A stretch of 64,000 nucleotides of DNA from Felis catus (taxonomy: Eukaryota), in assembly GCF_018350175.1 (NCBI RefSeq), contig NC_058368.1, positions 74,216,001 to 74,280,000 of the forward strand. The letters are read 5' to 3'. This document shows positions 1-11,566 of the stretch, in pieces; positions within the stretch are counted from its first letter, which is position 1, and every line of letters begins with the position of its first letter. The notes below the pieces were generated by a model that made no database searches, was not told the DNA's origin, and saw only the letters and a list, made by a program, of their open reading frames with translations. The position numbers and the translations under genes were made by a program.

Positions 1-460
1 CACATAAAGTCACTAATAAATGCTTGTTGAATCTAAAAATGAGTTAATGAGTGTCTTATAATGTATATAATTAAACTGAACTATTGAAATGGAGAGGACT
101 GCCTTCTGCCATTAACGATTATATTAATAAGTGACATCATGTGTCTTCCTGCCTGTGTAAAGTTGAAAAATAAAATATTTATCATTCAAGGTAGGATAGT
201 TTAAGGACAGCATTGACCTTCAATTTTTGCTTAATTGACAATGTTTCTTATATCAATTAACAGTAGTACAGAAATAATATTAGGCTACATTTATAAATGA
301 ACATTACATTGTCAATAAGAACAATTATAATTCAAAATACTATTTAGAGTCTATTCTAAAAAATGGCAATGAAGCAATCACCGAAGACTGCACTAATGAA
401 GAAAATAGAATTGTTAAATAAGCAATTGAAAATAGGTATAAAATTCATAGCACAGGCAAT

Positions 461-916
461 TGTATTAATTTTCTATGGCTGCCATAACAAATTACCATAA
501 AGTGGGTGGCTTACAACCACATAAAATTATTCCCTAAGAGTTCAAGAGGTAAAATGTCTGAAATCAAGGTGTTGGGAAGGCTGGTTCTTTCAGGAGTTTC
601 TGAGGGAGAAACCACTCCAGGCCTCTCTCCCAGTTTCTGGTGGTAACAGTTAATCTTTGACCTTCCTTGGCCTATAGATAACTTCACTCCAATCTCTGCC
701 TCCGTCTTCACATCTCCTTTTCTATGTTGCTTTATTCCTCTCCTTTTTTCATAGGGACGCCAGTCATTAGATTTCGGGTCCGCTCCAAATCCAGAATGAT
801 TTCATTTCAAGACCCATAGCTAATTACATCTGCAAAGACTCTTTTTCCATATAAGGTCACATCCCAATGATCCAGGTGGCCATGAATTTTAAGGGGACAC
901 TAGTCAACCCACTATA
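461..916 (-). mobile_element. MLT1B/C-like MaLR solo LTR
   Basis: Termini tgtatta...cccactata; internal motifs aaatcaaggtgttgg, atctgcaaagac, ataaggtcacat; near 5-bp TSD gcaat/ccaat. Confidence 0.8.
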
Positions 917-1114
917 CCAATAATTTTTTATTATTAATAATTTTGAATTTCTTGTATATGACATTTCTGAATGTCCCGAAGTTACATTAGAAAGAATTGC
1001 ATATTTTCAAATAAAGTTCAAATAGTGTAAATTCCTTGGTGGCTACAACGGTAAACACATTTTTTTCTAAAATAACTTAATGTTTGTTGAATATTATAAT
1101 TTTTACTATGATTA

Positions 1115-1329
1115 TTTTTTAAGAAGTTTATTTATTTATTTTGAGAGAGAGAGAGGGAGAGATAGCCCAAGCAGGGGAGGGACAGAGAGAGGAGAAAGAG
1201 AGTCCCAATAAGATCCACACTGTCAGTGCAGAACTCAATGGGGGGCTAAATCTCATGACACATGAGATCATGACCTGAGCCAAAAATCAAGAGTGGGACA
1301 CTTAACTGATTGAGCCACCAAGGCTCCCC
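1115..1329 (-). mobile_element. Can-SINE (older, diverged copy)
   Basis: T-rich tail, (GA)n tract, gagatcatgacctgagcc, head tgagccaccaaggctcccc. Confidence 0.9.
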
Positions 1330-2477
1330 TCATTTCTGTTATTTATGAATATTTTCATAACATGAGAAAAATATTGGCCATATACAAAGCCTAAAATTAG
1401 AAATATGCAATTAAATAAAAATTATCAATTATCAATTATAGAAATCATTTTATACTCAAGCTCAGTGCAAGTCCTTTAATTACAATATTATCAGAATCAT
1501 CACTGACACAAAAATGAATGAACATCCATATTTACTAAGAAGAATCTTTTCTGTTGAACTAGGTATAGGGAGATATGTGAACTTCACCTCTCCTTCCAAA
1601 GGAGTAAATAGCCAATGTTCGCTTTTTAAAACTATACCAGGAGAGTGTATAAAGTAATGCATTTCCTAATACATGTGTATCTGTGCAGGTCTCGGTACAG
1701 TGGTGAACATAGATACTGCTTCTCGCCATGAGTAGAAGATAACGGAAGTGTTAAGTAAGTGGTTTCTTCTAGAAATTATAGAGCTGAAAGACTTAATTTA
1801 TTTCTGTCTTTGGATAAGCCACACTGCTTCTGTTATGAATCTCACATCTTGCATGTGTGCATTTGCAAAAATCATTGAGTATGTTTTCTTATTTATGCTC
1901 ATTGGAATGAAGTGTTGGAAAATAGCTCCAATATTTTCAACATAGTCTTCTTCACATTTCAAGCCTTTCTATCACTTGAGAAAATTGACTTTTAGCTATA
2001 ATAGCAATACCAACAAACTGGGGCAAACAGAAAATAAAAAGGGTAAAGGATGGGAACGATTTCTTTTCAATTATAGATGCCATAGGTAAGCCTAATACGA
2101 TACAAAGTGTGACACTAATGCTATAAATATTATCTGATGTACTGCAAGGTACTTAAATTAATTAAAATAATTCAAATTTAATTAACAAATTAAGTATTTT
2201 ATTTTTTTAAATTTCACTGCTAACTGAAGATGATTCTTGTACGTAGGCTGAAAGAAGTTTGGTACTGAAAACAATAAAAGGTAAAATCAAATACAAATTT
2301 GTGTGTCATGTTGACTTTCTAAAACGTATCCACCTTGTCATTATCTTCTTGAACTTGTATAGAGACAGGTCAGAGGTCCCTTGAGAAAAATGGCCCTTCA
2401 ATAGACTCTGCTTAATCACTTACTACACCTGTTAACAAAAATAAGTTCAGAATTTTTCCGTGAGACATAATATCTTG

Positions 2478-2675
2478 ACCTTAATAAATTTAAAAGCATT
2501 GAAAGCGTACAAAATATGTTCTCCAGCTACAGTGGAATACAATTAGAAATCAATAGCAGGAGTAAATTTGAGAATTCACAAGTATATGGAAATTAAACAA
2601 CACATTCCTAAGTAACCAAAGGGTCAAGGAAGGAAAAATAAAGAGAGTACAAAGTACATTGAGATGAATGAAATA
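2478..2675 (+). mobile_element. Old L1 ORF2 (endonuclease-adjacent) fragment
   Basis: Degenerate L1 motifs ggaatacaattagaaatcaatagc and tggaaattaaacaacacattccta. Confidence 0.65.
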
Positions 2676-2859
2676 CATAATACAATGTATATTTGGACCA
2701 AGCAAGCATCTGTTCTACAGATGGGCCCAGTAATTTTGAGGCTAAACCAACTACAAGATTCCTGTGGATTTCTACGTTAACAGAGGGGATGATCAGTATC
2801 ATTGGAGACAAATAAAAAAAGGAGAAAATACTCCCCCAGGAAAAATAAATCATACAGCA

Positions 2860-3680
2860 AAATAAGAGTTTAAAAGAATGTTTTTATATTAGTAATGAGA
2901 TTAAGATAGCAAGGAGAAGAACAGGCAGATATTTCAAAAAACAGTGAAAAAAGTAAGGAAATAAAGAGAAATTTTAGTAAGAAAATGGTAAGTTTGAAAT
3001 ACAAGAAATACTTAATGGCTCATCTAGAAGACTGGGTATGACAAATACATGTTATTGAATAGTATATTGAGCAAATAATAATTTCCAGATTACAACACAA
3101 AATATCTAGAGCAATTAATTCTAAAAGCAAAGTTCAACCATAAAAGACAGAACCGGAAGATTAAACATTTGTCCCTCGAAGAATAGTGCCCAAGAGGTAT
3201 TCATAAAAAATACATAATTTTTATATTGAAAGTTCCCACTAAGTGTTTTGCAAAATAAACAAAGATAAATCCACACATATGCACTGAACTGTAGAACTCT
3301 AAGCTGCCGGGAAGAATATTGGAAAAAATCTAAAGAAAATATTGGAAAGAAGAGAGAGATTAATTGCAAAGAATCAAGAATCAGTTGGTATCCGATTTCT
3401 CATTGGCAACAAAAGATTTGTGAACAGTGAAGCAAAGCATCCAAATGGCTGCCGGAAAATAAAGCTTCAAAGTCAACTCTGATGCTTATTAAAGAGAGGG
3501 AGGGTGACCCTAAGACACTGATAAAGACTTGGGGAATTTACCATTACACACTCTCACTTGGAAAATTATTATCATAGTTTGCAAAAAAGAAGAAAATTGA
3601 TCTTGCTGTAAGGATAAAATGTCAAAGGACCAGAAATCAACAATATCTGTAAATTATATTGGTAGATCTAAACACATTTT
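2860..3680 (+). mobile_element. Highly diverged L1M/HAL1-like ORF1 region
   Basis: A-rich strand with ORF1-like remnants such as gaatcagttggtatccgatttctcattggcaac and gaatttacc; boundaries approximate. Confidence 0.45.
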
Positions 3681-3696
3681 AAGTCATGTTAGGAAT

Positions 3697-3875
3697 TTCA
3701 GCTGGAGCAGTGCTATTCCTTTTGGAGGCATTTGGAAATATGTGAGAGCTTTGTGACCTGTCAGAATAATAAGGGCATGCTACTTGTATTTACTACCTTT
3801 GATGCATAGGACACTTGAGCAGCAAAGTATTGCCCTATCCCAAATGGATGTAATGATCCCGCTGAGAAACACAGC
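3697..3875. mobile_element. MER20B-like hAT-Charlie element
   Basis: ggcatttggaaatatgtg ... gcatgctact ... ctgagaaacac resembles the recalled MER20B consensus. Confidence 0.45.
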
Positions 3876-4678
3876 TATAAATAATAATAATTGTAATACA
3901 TACAACTATAACAGAGTACCTTGTAAGTACGAACTGAAAGTGAAAATCACCAGAAGCAATTATATGAGAGTAGAGAGGGTGGAGAGCTGTAGAAATTTCT
4001 GCCTGTGTTTAGCAAACCAAAAATAGACAAGACCACATATTCATACATTTCACAGACCTGAAAATCTGAATTTTATACCCTGAACCAATGTAGAGGGATC
4101 CAAGCAGGGAAGCGAAAACAGCATCAAAAAAAAAAAAAGTGGGAAAAAGATACTGCTGGACCATAGGATGTTCGATTCTCCATGTTTAGGAGAAATAGAG
4201 AAGCAGATATATAAGAGATTTTGACAGGAAGTAAGTAGGTTTAAGTGATGGTGGATTCTGGGTACAGAGATCATAATATCTGTTATTTTCCTCTTTTATT
4301 CCTTTATACCTTAATATGTGTACAGGTAGGATGTACAAAGAGACTTAAATGGTATAAAAACGAATGTGGCATCAAATAATGATACCAAAAGAATACATTA
4401 AAACTTCCAAGTTTGCATTATAAATGGAAATGGACAAAAGTATTCGATAATACTTAACAGTCAACAGGCAGGACATACATCACGGAAATTGTAAAATTTT
4501 ATTTATGGATACAAACTGACAACTGCATGAATGGAGATAAATTCTCCATTTCTGAATTAACACTTGGAAGCTGTCAATCCTTCCCAAGTAGGGTTTCCGT
4601 TAAGAGATAGTATGATTTTGAAGTTCCTATGTGTTCAATCTTTCTTTCTTTGGATGTTGTGTTGGACATAGGGCTGCC

Positions 4679-5268
4679 TTGGCAGGGCTGTGCTCCCTCT
4701 AAAGTCTCTAAAGAAGGATTCTTCCTTGCCTCTTCCAGCTTCTAGTGGCTTCAGGTGGTGCTTGACTCATGGTGGCATCTCTCCAGTTTCTGGTTTGGTT
4801 TTCAGATGGCCTTCTCTGTCTGTGTGTGTCTTTAAAAAAATATTTTTGAGAAAGAGAGAGTGAAAGCAAAGGAGGGACAGAGAGCACAGAGAGAGAGGGA
4901 GACACCGAATCCAAAGCAGGCTCCAGGCTCTGAGCACAGAGCCCAAAGCGGGGCTCAAACCCACGAACTGAAAGATCGTGACCTGACCAAGACCTGACCG
5001 AGACCTGATCATGACCTTACCGAGAGTAAGTCGGATGCTTAACCCACTGGGTCACCCACACGCCCCTCTGTCTGTGCATATCTTATCATGACACTTGATG
5101 GACCTCGAATTTCAGGTCCATGCAGATAAAACAGGATGATCTCATCTTGTAATCTTTATTATATCTGCAAAGACACCCTTGTCCAAACAAGGTCAAGTTC
5201 ACAGATTTTGAAGTGTGGACATTTATTTTGCTGGGGGGCGGGGGGAGGACACCATTCAACCTACTACA
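4679..5268 (-). mobile_element. MLT1B/C-like MaLR LTR interrupted by a Can-SINE
   Basis: ttccttgcctcttccagcttctagtggc, atctgcaaagacacc, end caacctactaca. Confidence 0.75.
4832..5066 (-). mobile_element. Can-SINE with internal 11-bp tandem expansion
   Basis: Typical body; degenerate TSD tctgtctgtgtgtgtct (4815-4831) / tctgtctgtgcatatct (5067-5083). Confidence 0.92.
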
Positions 5269-5790
5269 GACATGAAGTTCTTCATCTTGTAATAACCATA
5301 TCTTATCTGTTTATTTAGGTGCAACTGACCAGGCCTTCCAATACTAGTGGGGATTATATAGCCCAGGACTGACCAACCCTGGGTTGACATGATGCAACCC
5401 TTCTGGCCACAACGATTGATTTCTGTGGCTTAAACCAACCTGTATTTAAAGTTTCATTTCTATGTCTTCAGTGGCAAAAGGAACTAATGCCCCACAGGGT
5501 TTATAAAATAGTTTTAAAAATCAGTTAATTATCATCAGTGTGCGGGCCTCATTCCAAAACTTATTGCTGGATAAAAGAAATAGCTTTGTTTTGTCAATAT
5601 TTTATCTGATATTCTTTCAAGTTGTATGACATGGACATGCCCCATCTTTACTTATTATTATGATTAATATGCTAAATATACACAGCTGGACTTTTACATA
5701 GAAATGAGTGTTATCGTGGCTATAAATTTGCAAATCACTCTCTGCTTTAGGCAATAGTCTTTGGTATTTAATTTTTAAATAAATGCATTC

Positions 5791-5975
5791 ATTTATTTAA
5801 ATACAGAAACAATCTTAGAAAAATAAGCGAAACAACAGGGAAAAATTAAATGAAATCAATATTTAATTGTATTATTATATCAATATTGTTATTGTATTTA
5901 AATCAATTTATTTAAATACAGAAACAATCTTAGAAAAATAAGGGAACGACAGGGAAAAATTAAGTTAAATCAATA
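5791..5975 (+). repeat. About 70-bp imperfect direct repeat with 44-bp AT-rich spacer
   Basis: atttatttaaatacagaaacaatcttagaaaaataag...aaatcaata at 5791-5861 and 5906-5975. Confidence 0.9.
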
Positions 5976-7859
5976 ACACTACAGTCAAATGATCTGCGGT
6001 ATGTGATTTCCCGAAAACCATGGCATTTAACTTCACATTAGAATTCACATAAATACAATTAAAGATAGAGCAGATCAAATGGATTATATAATAAGCAATA
6101 ACACAAAATAAGACTATTTGCCTTTAAGGTTTTTAGGTGACGTATAGGCTGAGTCGTATTGAATTCATTGGGAAAGAAAAGCTCAGTCTAGGTAAATGAA
6201 AAATGAAACTATCTGAATAGCTAGCAAAATTAAAATATACCTGAAGCCTCAGGAAATGGCACTGAATGAAATGACAGTAACTACCCAGGGAATACAGCCC
6301 ATCGGACTCTGAAATGGATATTTAGTTAAGCTTTGTCTCGTCATCTCAAGGAGTTAGTAAGCAATGTAGGAAATGGGGAAGCTGGACAGCATACACATTA
6401 CATCACTGTTCCTCTGCATCGCCCACCAAGGAAAGTTAACTGTCATTGCAGTGGGAGCGTGGATTAATGTGTAACTTACTGTAGCCTGACATTCCCATCC
6501 ATCTTCAAATGTCCTGCAAGCATGAGGCTTGTGGACTGGAAGATCACTGAGAAATAAACTCACTCATGCTACAAAGAACTTCTTATCCACCTAGCATTTA
6601 CCCAAAGCCGCGGGGCTCTTTTGGATTCCAGATTGGGGGGGGGGATTAAATAAGCTGGAGGGTGACAGAGTGGAAGGCACGAAAATTATGGACCATATTT
6701 GATTTGGTGAGCTTTTCCTGGCGTTTCCATTTGAGCATTAAGGAACGTTTACTGGAATCATGTTGACATTTGCCACCTCACCCTTTGGTATGGTTAAAAA
6801 AATAATTTATAAGAATAAAACCTAGAATTGAAGAGGAAATAATTTAAAAAAAATAGCCTTTCCTCTTTTCTTTCTTTCTTTGTTTTCTTTTCTGGTGATT
6901 CCGGGTAGCATTGAATGATAGGCAGAAACTATTTTGTTCATACTTGATGCTCAGTTTTTCACCTTTTTTTTTACAAGATACTGAATTTTTGGTTTGGTTT
7001 AGTTTGGTTTTTAGATGGCTTGAAGCGAGTTGCTGCATCAGGATCTTGCAGCCGACACTTTGCTGGTGATGGAAACCGAGTTCCAGCTCACATTCCACCC
7101 CTGAGCTTTCGAGCCTTGTGTGGGACTCGGGATCCTGATCTTCCTTGAAGGTTTCAAAGTCCAAAGGGGCCACAGAATTTCTGGGACCCTGGGCAACCCA
7201 GCACACAAATGCGCTCCACAATGGTTTTGCTGGATTGGGTTGTTCCCAGCAAGATTCTTGTTGCAATCAGTTTATTCCACAAGGATTCACTTCATTAAGA
7301 CCGAGTTGATTACATGTACTAGGCACAGTGGGAACGACAACAAAAACAAAAAGCAGAACATAATGGCCCTGCTTTGGAGAAGCAGGCTTGGCATATGCTT
7401 GGCATTATGGAATTTGGGGCCCCCACCAGAGCCTTTCAGGGGATCCTCTTTAGCATATTTATTTTATAGACGAGACGATAGAATTTGAGAGATACCAAAG
7501 TACATGCCCAGCATCACATGATGAATGTGCTAACACTAGAGAGTAAGTTCCTAAATCTCATCAATTCTCTTCACCGTACTCCGCAGATAACAGAGTAATA
7601 ACCAGAGTGGGGCGGGGGGTGGGGGGGGTAGTGGGGGAGGAAAAGAGAAGCACGTAGAAGCATAAATTACCCAACCACGGACTGTAGAAGAATTCTTGGT
7701 GCTGAAAGCTATACATCAAAGGGAGACATGACATGAATTGTCTAAGAGGAGGTGGAAAATAATTCATACCATGAGATATTCATAGACTTTAGTACAGAAA
7801 TGGAGACAAAAACAATAGAGTTAGGAAATAGTAAAGAGACCTGTATGACTACAGCAAGG

Positions 7860-7933
7860 TTTTTTTTTTTAATATGAAATTTATTGTCAAATTGGTTTCC
7901 ATACAACACCCAGTGCTCATCCCAACAGGTGCC
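7860..7933 (-). mobile_element. Extreme 3' end of young felid L1 (L1_Fc-like), about 63 bp plus poly(A)
   Basis: T11 then aatatgaaatttattgtcaaattggtttccatacaacacccagtgctcatcccaacaggtgcc, matching the recalled felid L1 3' terminus in antisense. Confidence 0.85.
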
Positions 7934-8608
7934 TATGTACCTGAGATGGGTTGATAACGGAGAGAAAGCAAGCCAAGCTGTACTTGAAAGGCTTGGAAAT
8001 TAACAGGACAGACCCTAATACAATTTAACCAATTGAAATAAGAATAAATAACATAAGGGCACCTAAGCTCATAAGATCGACTCCACTTTTGGGAAACCAA
8101 TTAAATACAGGAATGCTTTTGGGCTAACTTTATCGAATGTAAGTTATGGACAAATGGAAGATTTTATTTTATTTTAGTAAATATGATGCCTGTCACACAC
8201 CGAGTGTGTTTGCTTTGTATTTTAAAACTTAGCGGTAAATTTTAAGTCAAACATTTTCTTGCGCTCATGCATATTCTATCTGCCAATTTACCACAGGCTG
8301 GTCTGCAGGTTGGTATGTTCCAGTCTGTCACACAGCACTCACATGATTAAAATATCACTTGAAAAAAAACATATAAAATGTTTTGACATTTAAAAATATT
8401 CCAGACAATTCGTACATAAAAATGGTATTTATTCCTATTGACAATTCTTGACGGATTCAATATGGTCATAGGGTAGTAGAAAAAGTAGCAAGCTATTATT
8501 TGTGGCTTTCAGAATCACGTTGAACAAGGAAAGCTTATAAAGTAAAAATAGAGTGACAGTATACGTGTGGGTACTCATCAGTTGCATGTTAAAAATAAAC
8601 AAAGATTA

Positions 8609-8774
8609 GGGGCACCTGGGTGGCTCAGTTGGTTAAACGTCCCACTCTGGACTTTGGCTCAGGTCAGGATCTCACAGTTTGTGAGTTTGAGCCCTGCATC
8701 AGGCTCTGCACTCTGAGAGCAGAGCCTGCTTGGGATTCTCCCTTTCCCTCTCTCTCTGCCCCTCCCCCACCTTC

Positions 8775-8805
<31 letters not shown>

Positions 8806-8841
8806 CAAAATAAATAAAACTTTAAAAAAATTTAAAAAAAT
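8609..8841 (+). mobile_element. Can-SINE
   Basis: ggggcacctgggtggctcag head, (CT)n, A-tail; TSD taaaaataaacaaagatta / taaaaatgagcaaagatta. Confidence 0.95.
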
Positions 8842-9267
8842 TAAAAATGAGCAAAGATTAAAAGGTGTAAGGTTTTAATATCCTAGATTCAGGAGATGTG
8901 TGGATTGTAAGACAAAGAATGTGTATATTTGGAGAGGAAAATCTCTTTTATTTGTTTCTTGACATATGTCAAATCATAGCATAATTCATTTTGCTTAGGT
9001 TATGTATTATATTAGCTATGCTGAAGACCTTGTTCAGAAGTTATTGATAAACATTCTATTTTCTTTACTTTATTCATTTACATTACCCAATAGCGGTTGG
9101 TACTTCTGAAAGGGAGAAGTAGGGCTGAAAATTATTCTGCATAAACCTAATCTTACAACATAAAGCTACGGGGTTCCTCATCATGGCAATTCTGGTAAAA
9201 CGGAGAACATCTTATTTTTTCTTAACTTTGTATTTTGTTGAAATCCCCAAATTAGTTTTGCCTCTTT

Positions 9268-9457
9268 TATTTTTTATTATTATTTTTTTAATTTTTGAAA
9301 TTATTTTTGTGAGAGAGAATGTGCATGAGCAGAGGAGGGGCAGAGGGAGAGGGAGAGAGAGAATCTTAAGCAGGCTCCAAGCTCAGCACGGAGCCCCACA
9401 TGAGTCTCGATCCCATGACCTGAGCTGAGAGTTGGACGCTCAACTGACCAGGCCCCC
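9268..9457 (-). mobile_element. Can-SINE (internally deleted)
   Basis: T-tail, (GA)n, degenerate head; TSD agttttgcct(c/g)ttt. Confidence 0.88.
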
Positions 9458-11342
9458 AGTTTTGCCTGTTTTCGAGATAACTGCAACAAATAGCTAAAAC
9501 TGGACAAATGTTTTCTTTCCCCCATATTTTGCTTTAAGAAGATAATTTTCAAGTCACAGCCTGTATATTGCCTAACCTAATACAAAACCAGTGCTGGATT
9601 CAAATATACAGGAAATATTGTATGGCTCCAGAAAGGCAGAACTTGAGATTGCCAAGAGGAAACAAAGGAGAGTGATTCCCTTACACGGCTTACACATAGT
9701 ATTGCCTAGAGAAAGAGAGTGTGCAAATGCAACTTGAAAGTCAGTTTAATCCATTTCCATATATAATTGTATACCTGTCTTTTAAATTGTGTTAGCAAGT
9801 GAGGCCGTAAGAATAACATGGACAAGGGACAAAAAACCGTATTTCTTTGGAACACAAGAGTCGTTTCTTTGTATTTATTAGAGATTCGGATTTGAAAGAG
9901 TATGGGCCAAGCAGGATAGCACATTTGAGATGAAAAATCTTTACTTGATACTTAACTTACTTTGCAAGTTACAGCATATATGGCTATACGGGAACACGCT
10001 GTTTGGCGCTAAAAAAGCCAAATCGACATATACACTCGGCACTTTCCTGGAAGGGATCTATTCATCGCTTTTTAACTTAGCTGTTGTCTGGAAACAAGGG
10101 AGCACGGTGGAGCCAATGATGTTTATCTAAAACAACAAGCAGCCCCCTCCGAATGTGATCTTCTCCTTCTTAACCACATGCATTTCCTTCTGCTCTAGAA
10201 CCTGACTGATTTCCTGTATAGAACACTTCATCACCGTCCTTCCTCCAGTCGTCAATGCTGTGTATTTCTGAGAAATGAGAGCCTCAGTGATTCTTTTACA
10301 AAAGACCTCAATCCAGACATTGGTAACCTTCTGGAAACATATCTGCACTAACATCTTCAAACAGCCTAGAACACTGACCCAGACACCTAGAACACTGTGT
10401 TGTTTACAATGCTAGCATACCGTTCTGCGGCTGTGACTTAAAGCTTACTCATAGGATCTTCGAAAGAGCATAAATTTTATGTTTTTGCCCCAGATACAGT
10501 TCCCCAGATTTTACAGAACTTAATATGATATAACATGTGGATTATCTAATGGATTTTTTGGCTTACATACCTCACTACCAACACTTTTCTTACTTAGAGG
10601 CCTTCATAAGCAAGTGATATGAGGACAAGGGCAGTGCTTTTAATATATGCATTTATATTGTATATACACACATACAAATATACATGTATATATGTGTGCA
10701 CGCACAATGGAGAGAGACAGGGACCGAGAGAAAGAGACAGAGAGAGAGAAAGAAAGTTTGCTGGATCCTATCTTAAATAAAGCCTAAAGCAAAAGTGTAT
10801 TTTCCCAGATAATGCAGGGGAAAAAAAATGACATTCAGCAAGGGGTTCGTTACTTCTGTTGCAGCATTCCAAATGAGGAACTTGTGAGAGCATGAATATT
10901 CAGGACGCGAGGACCCTGGAGTTTCAACACCACTGTACCTGATGAAGACGATGACAGAGCCGGCTTATTTTTCCCCAGTTGGCTGGCAAAACAGACCCTT
11001 TGGATTCAAATTGTTGATCGAGCCATCTCTCGGTTGTTGAAATGGCTCTGAGATAAAGTCTGAGGCTTTATCATAATTATGATGAGGTGCTCTGTGAAGG
11101 TGGCTCCGGGAGAAGCAGGTGGAATTGACTTGCCTATTAAGACAGATACTGCTGACAGACATGCTCTCCAGTTCAATCCAAGGGTTTCCATTAGGGACGT
11201 ATATCTCCTGAAGAATTTGAGTGCTGTTTGTGTAATGAAAGGTAAAAGCACCAAGCAGGAGGCCTCAGTGTTCACAGGACAAACTTAGGGAGGCAAACTC
11301 TGTTCACAGGACATTTAAGTCTTCATTAGATGCACCATTTCT

Positions 11343-11566
11343 AAAAAAAAAATTTTTAACGTTTATTTATTTTTGAGACAGAGAGAGACAGAGCATGAAT
11401 GGGGGGAGGGTCAGAGAGAGAGGGAGTCACAGAATCGGAAGCAGGCTCCAGGCTCCGAGCTGTCAGCGCAGAGCCCGACGTGACGCGGGGCTCGAACTCG
11501 TGAACCACGAGATCAGGACCTGAGCCAAAGTCCGGCACTTAACCGCCGGAGCCACCCAGGCGCCCC
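11343..11566 (-). mobile_element. Can-SINE (SINEC_Fc2-like)
   Basis: Full-length, CpG-rich; 16-bp TSD tagatgcaccatttct / tagacgcgccatttct. Confidence 0.97.

Noticed and set aside
6844..7488. Overlapping 140-aa (-) and 122-aa (+) ORFs
   Set aside because: They run through low-complexity T tracts and probable L2/MIR remnants, with non-ATG starts and no recognisable homology.
10127..10360. 77-aa minus-strand ORF considered as a transposase or exon remnant
   Set aside because: No convincing motif and no strong splice-site pair.
11001..11017. 17-mer tggattcaaattgttga shared with 41625-41641, suggesting a second LF-SINE
   Set aside because: The flanks do not extend the match, and one exact 17-mer pair is not unexpected in 64 kb of AT-rich DNA.
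10365..11313. Short direct repeats (cctagaacactg x2 at 10365/10386; tgttcacaggaca x2 at 11269/11301) as CRISPR-like or TSD signals
   Set aside because: Each has only two copies with tiny spacers, consistent with ordinary microduplications in a eukaryotic genome.
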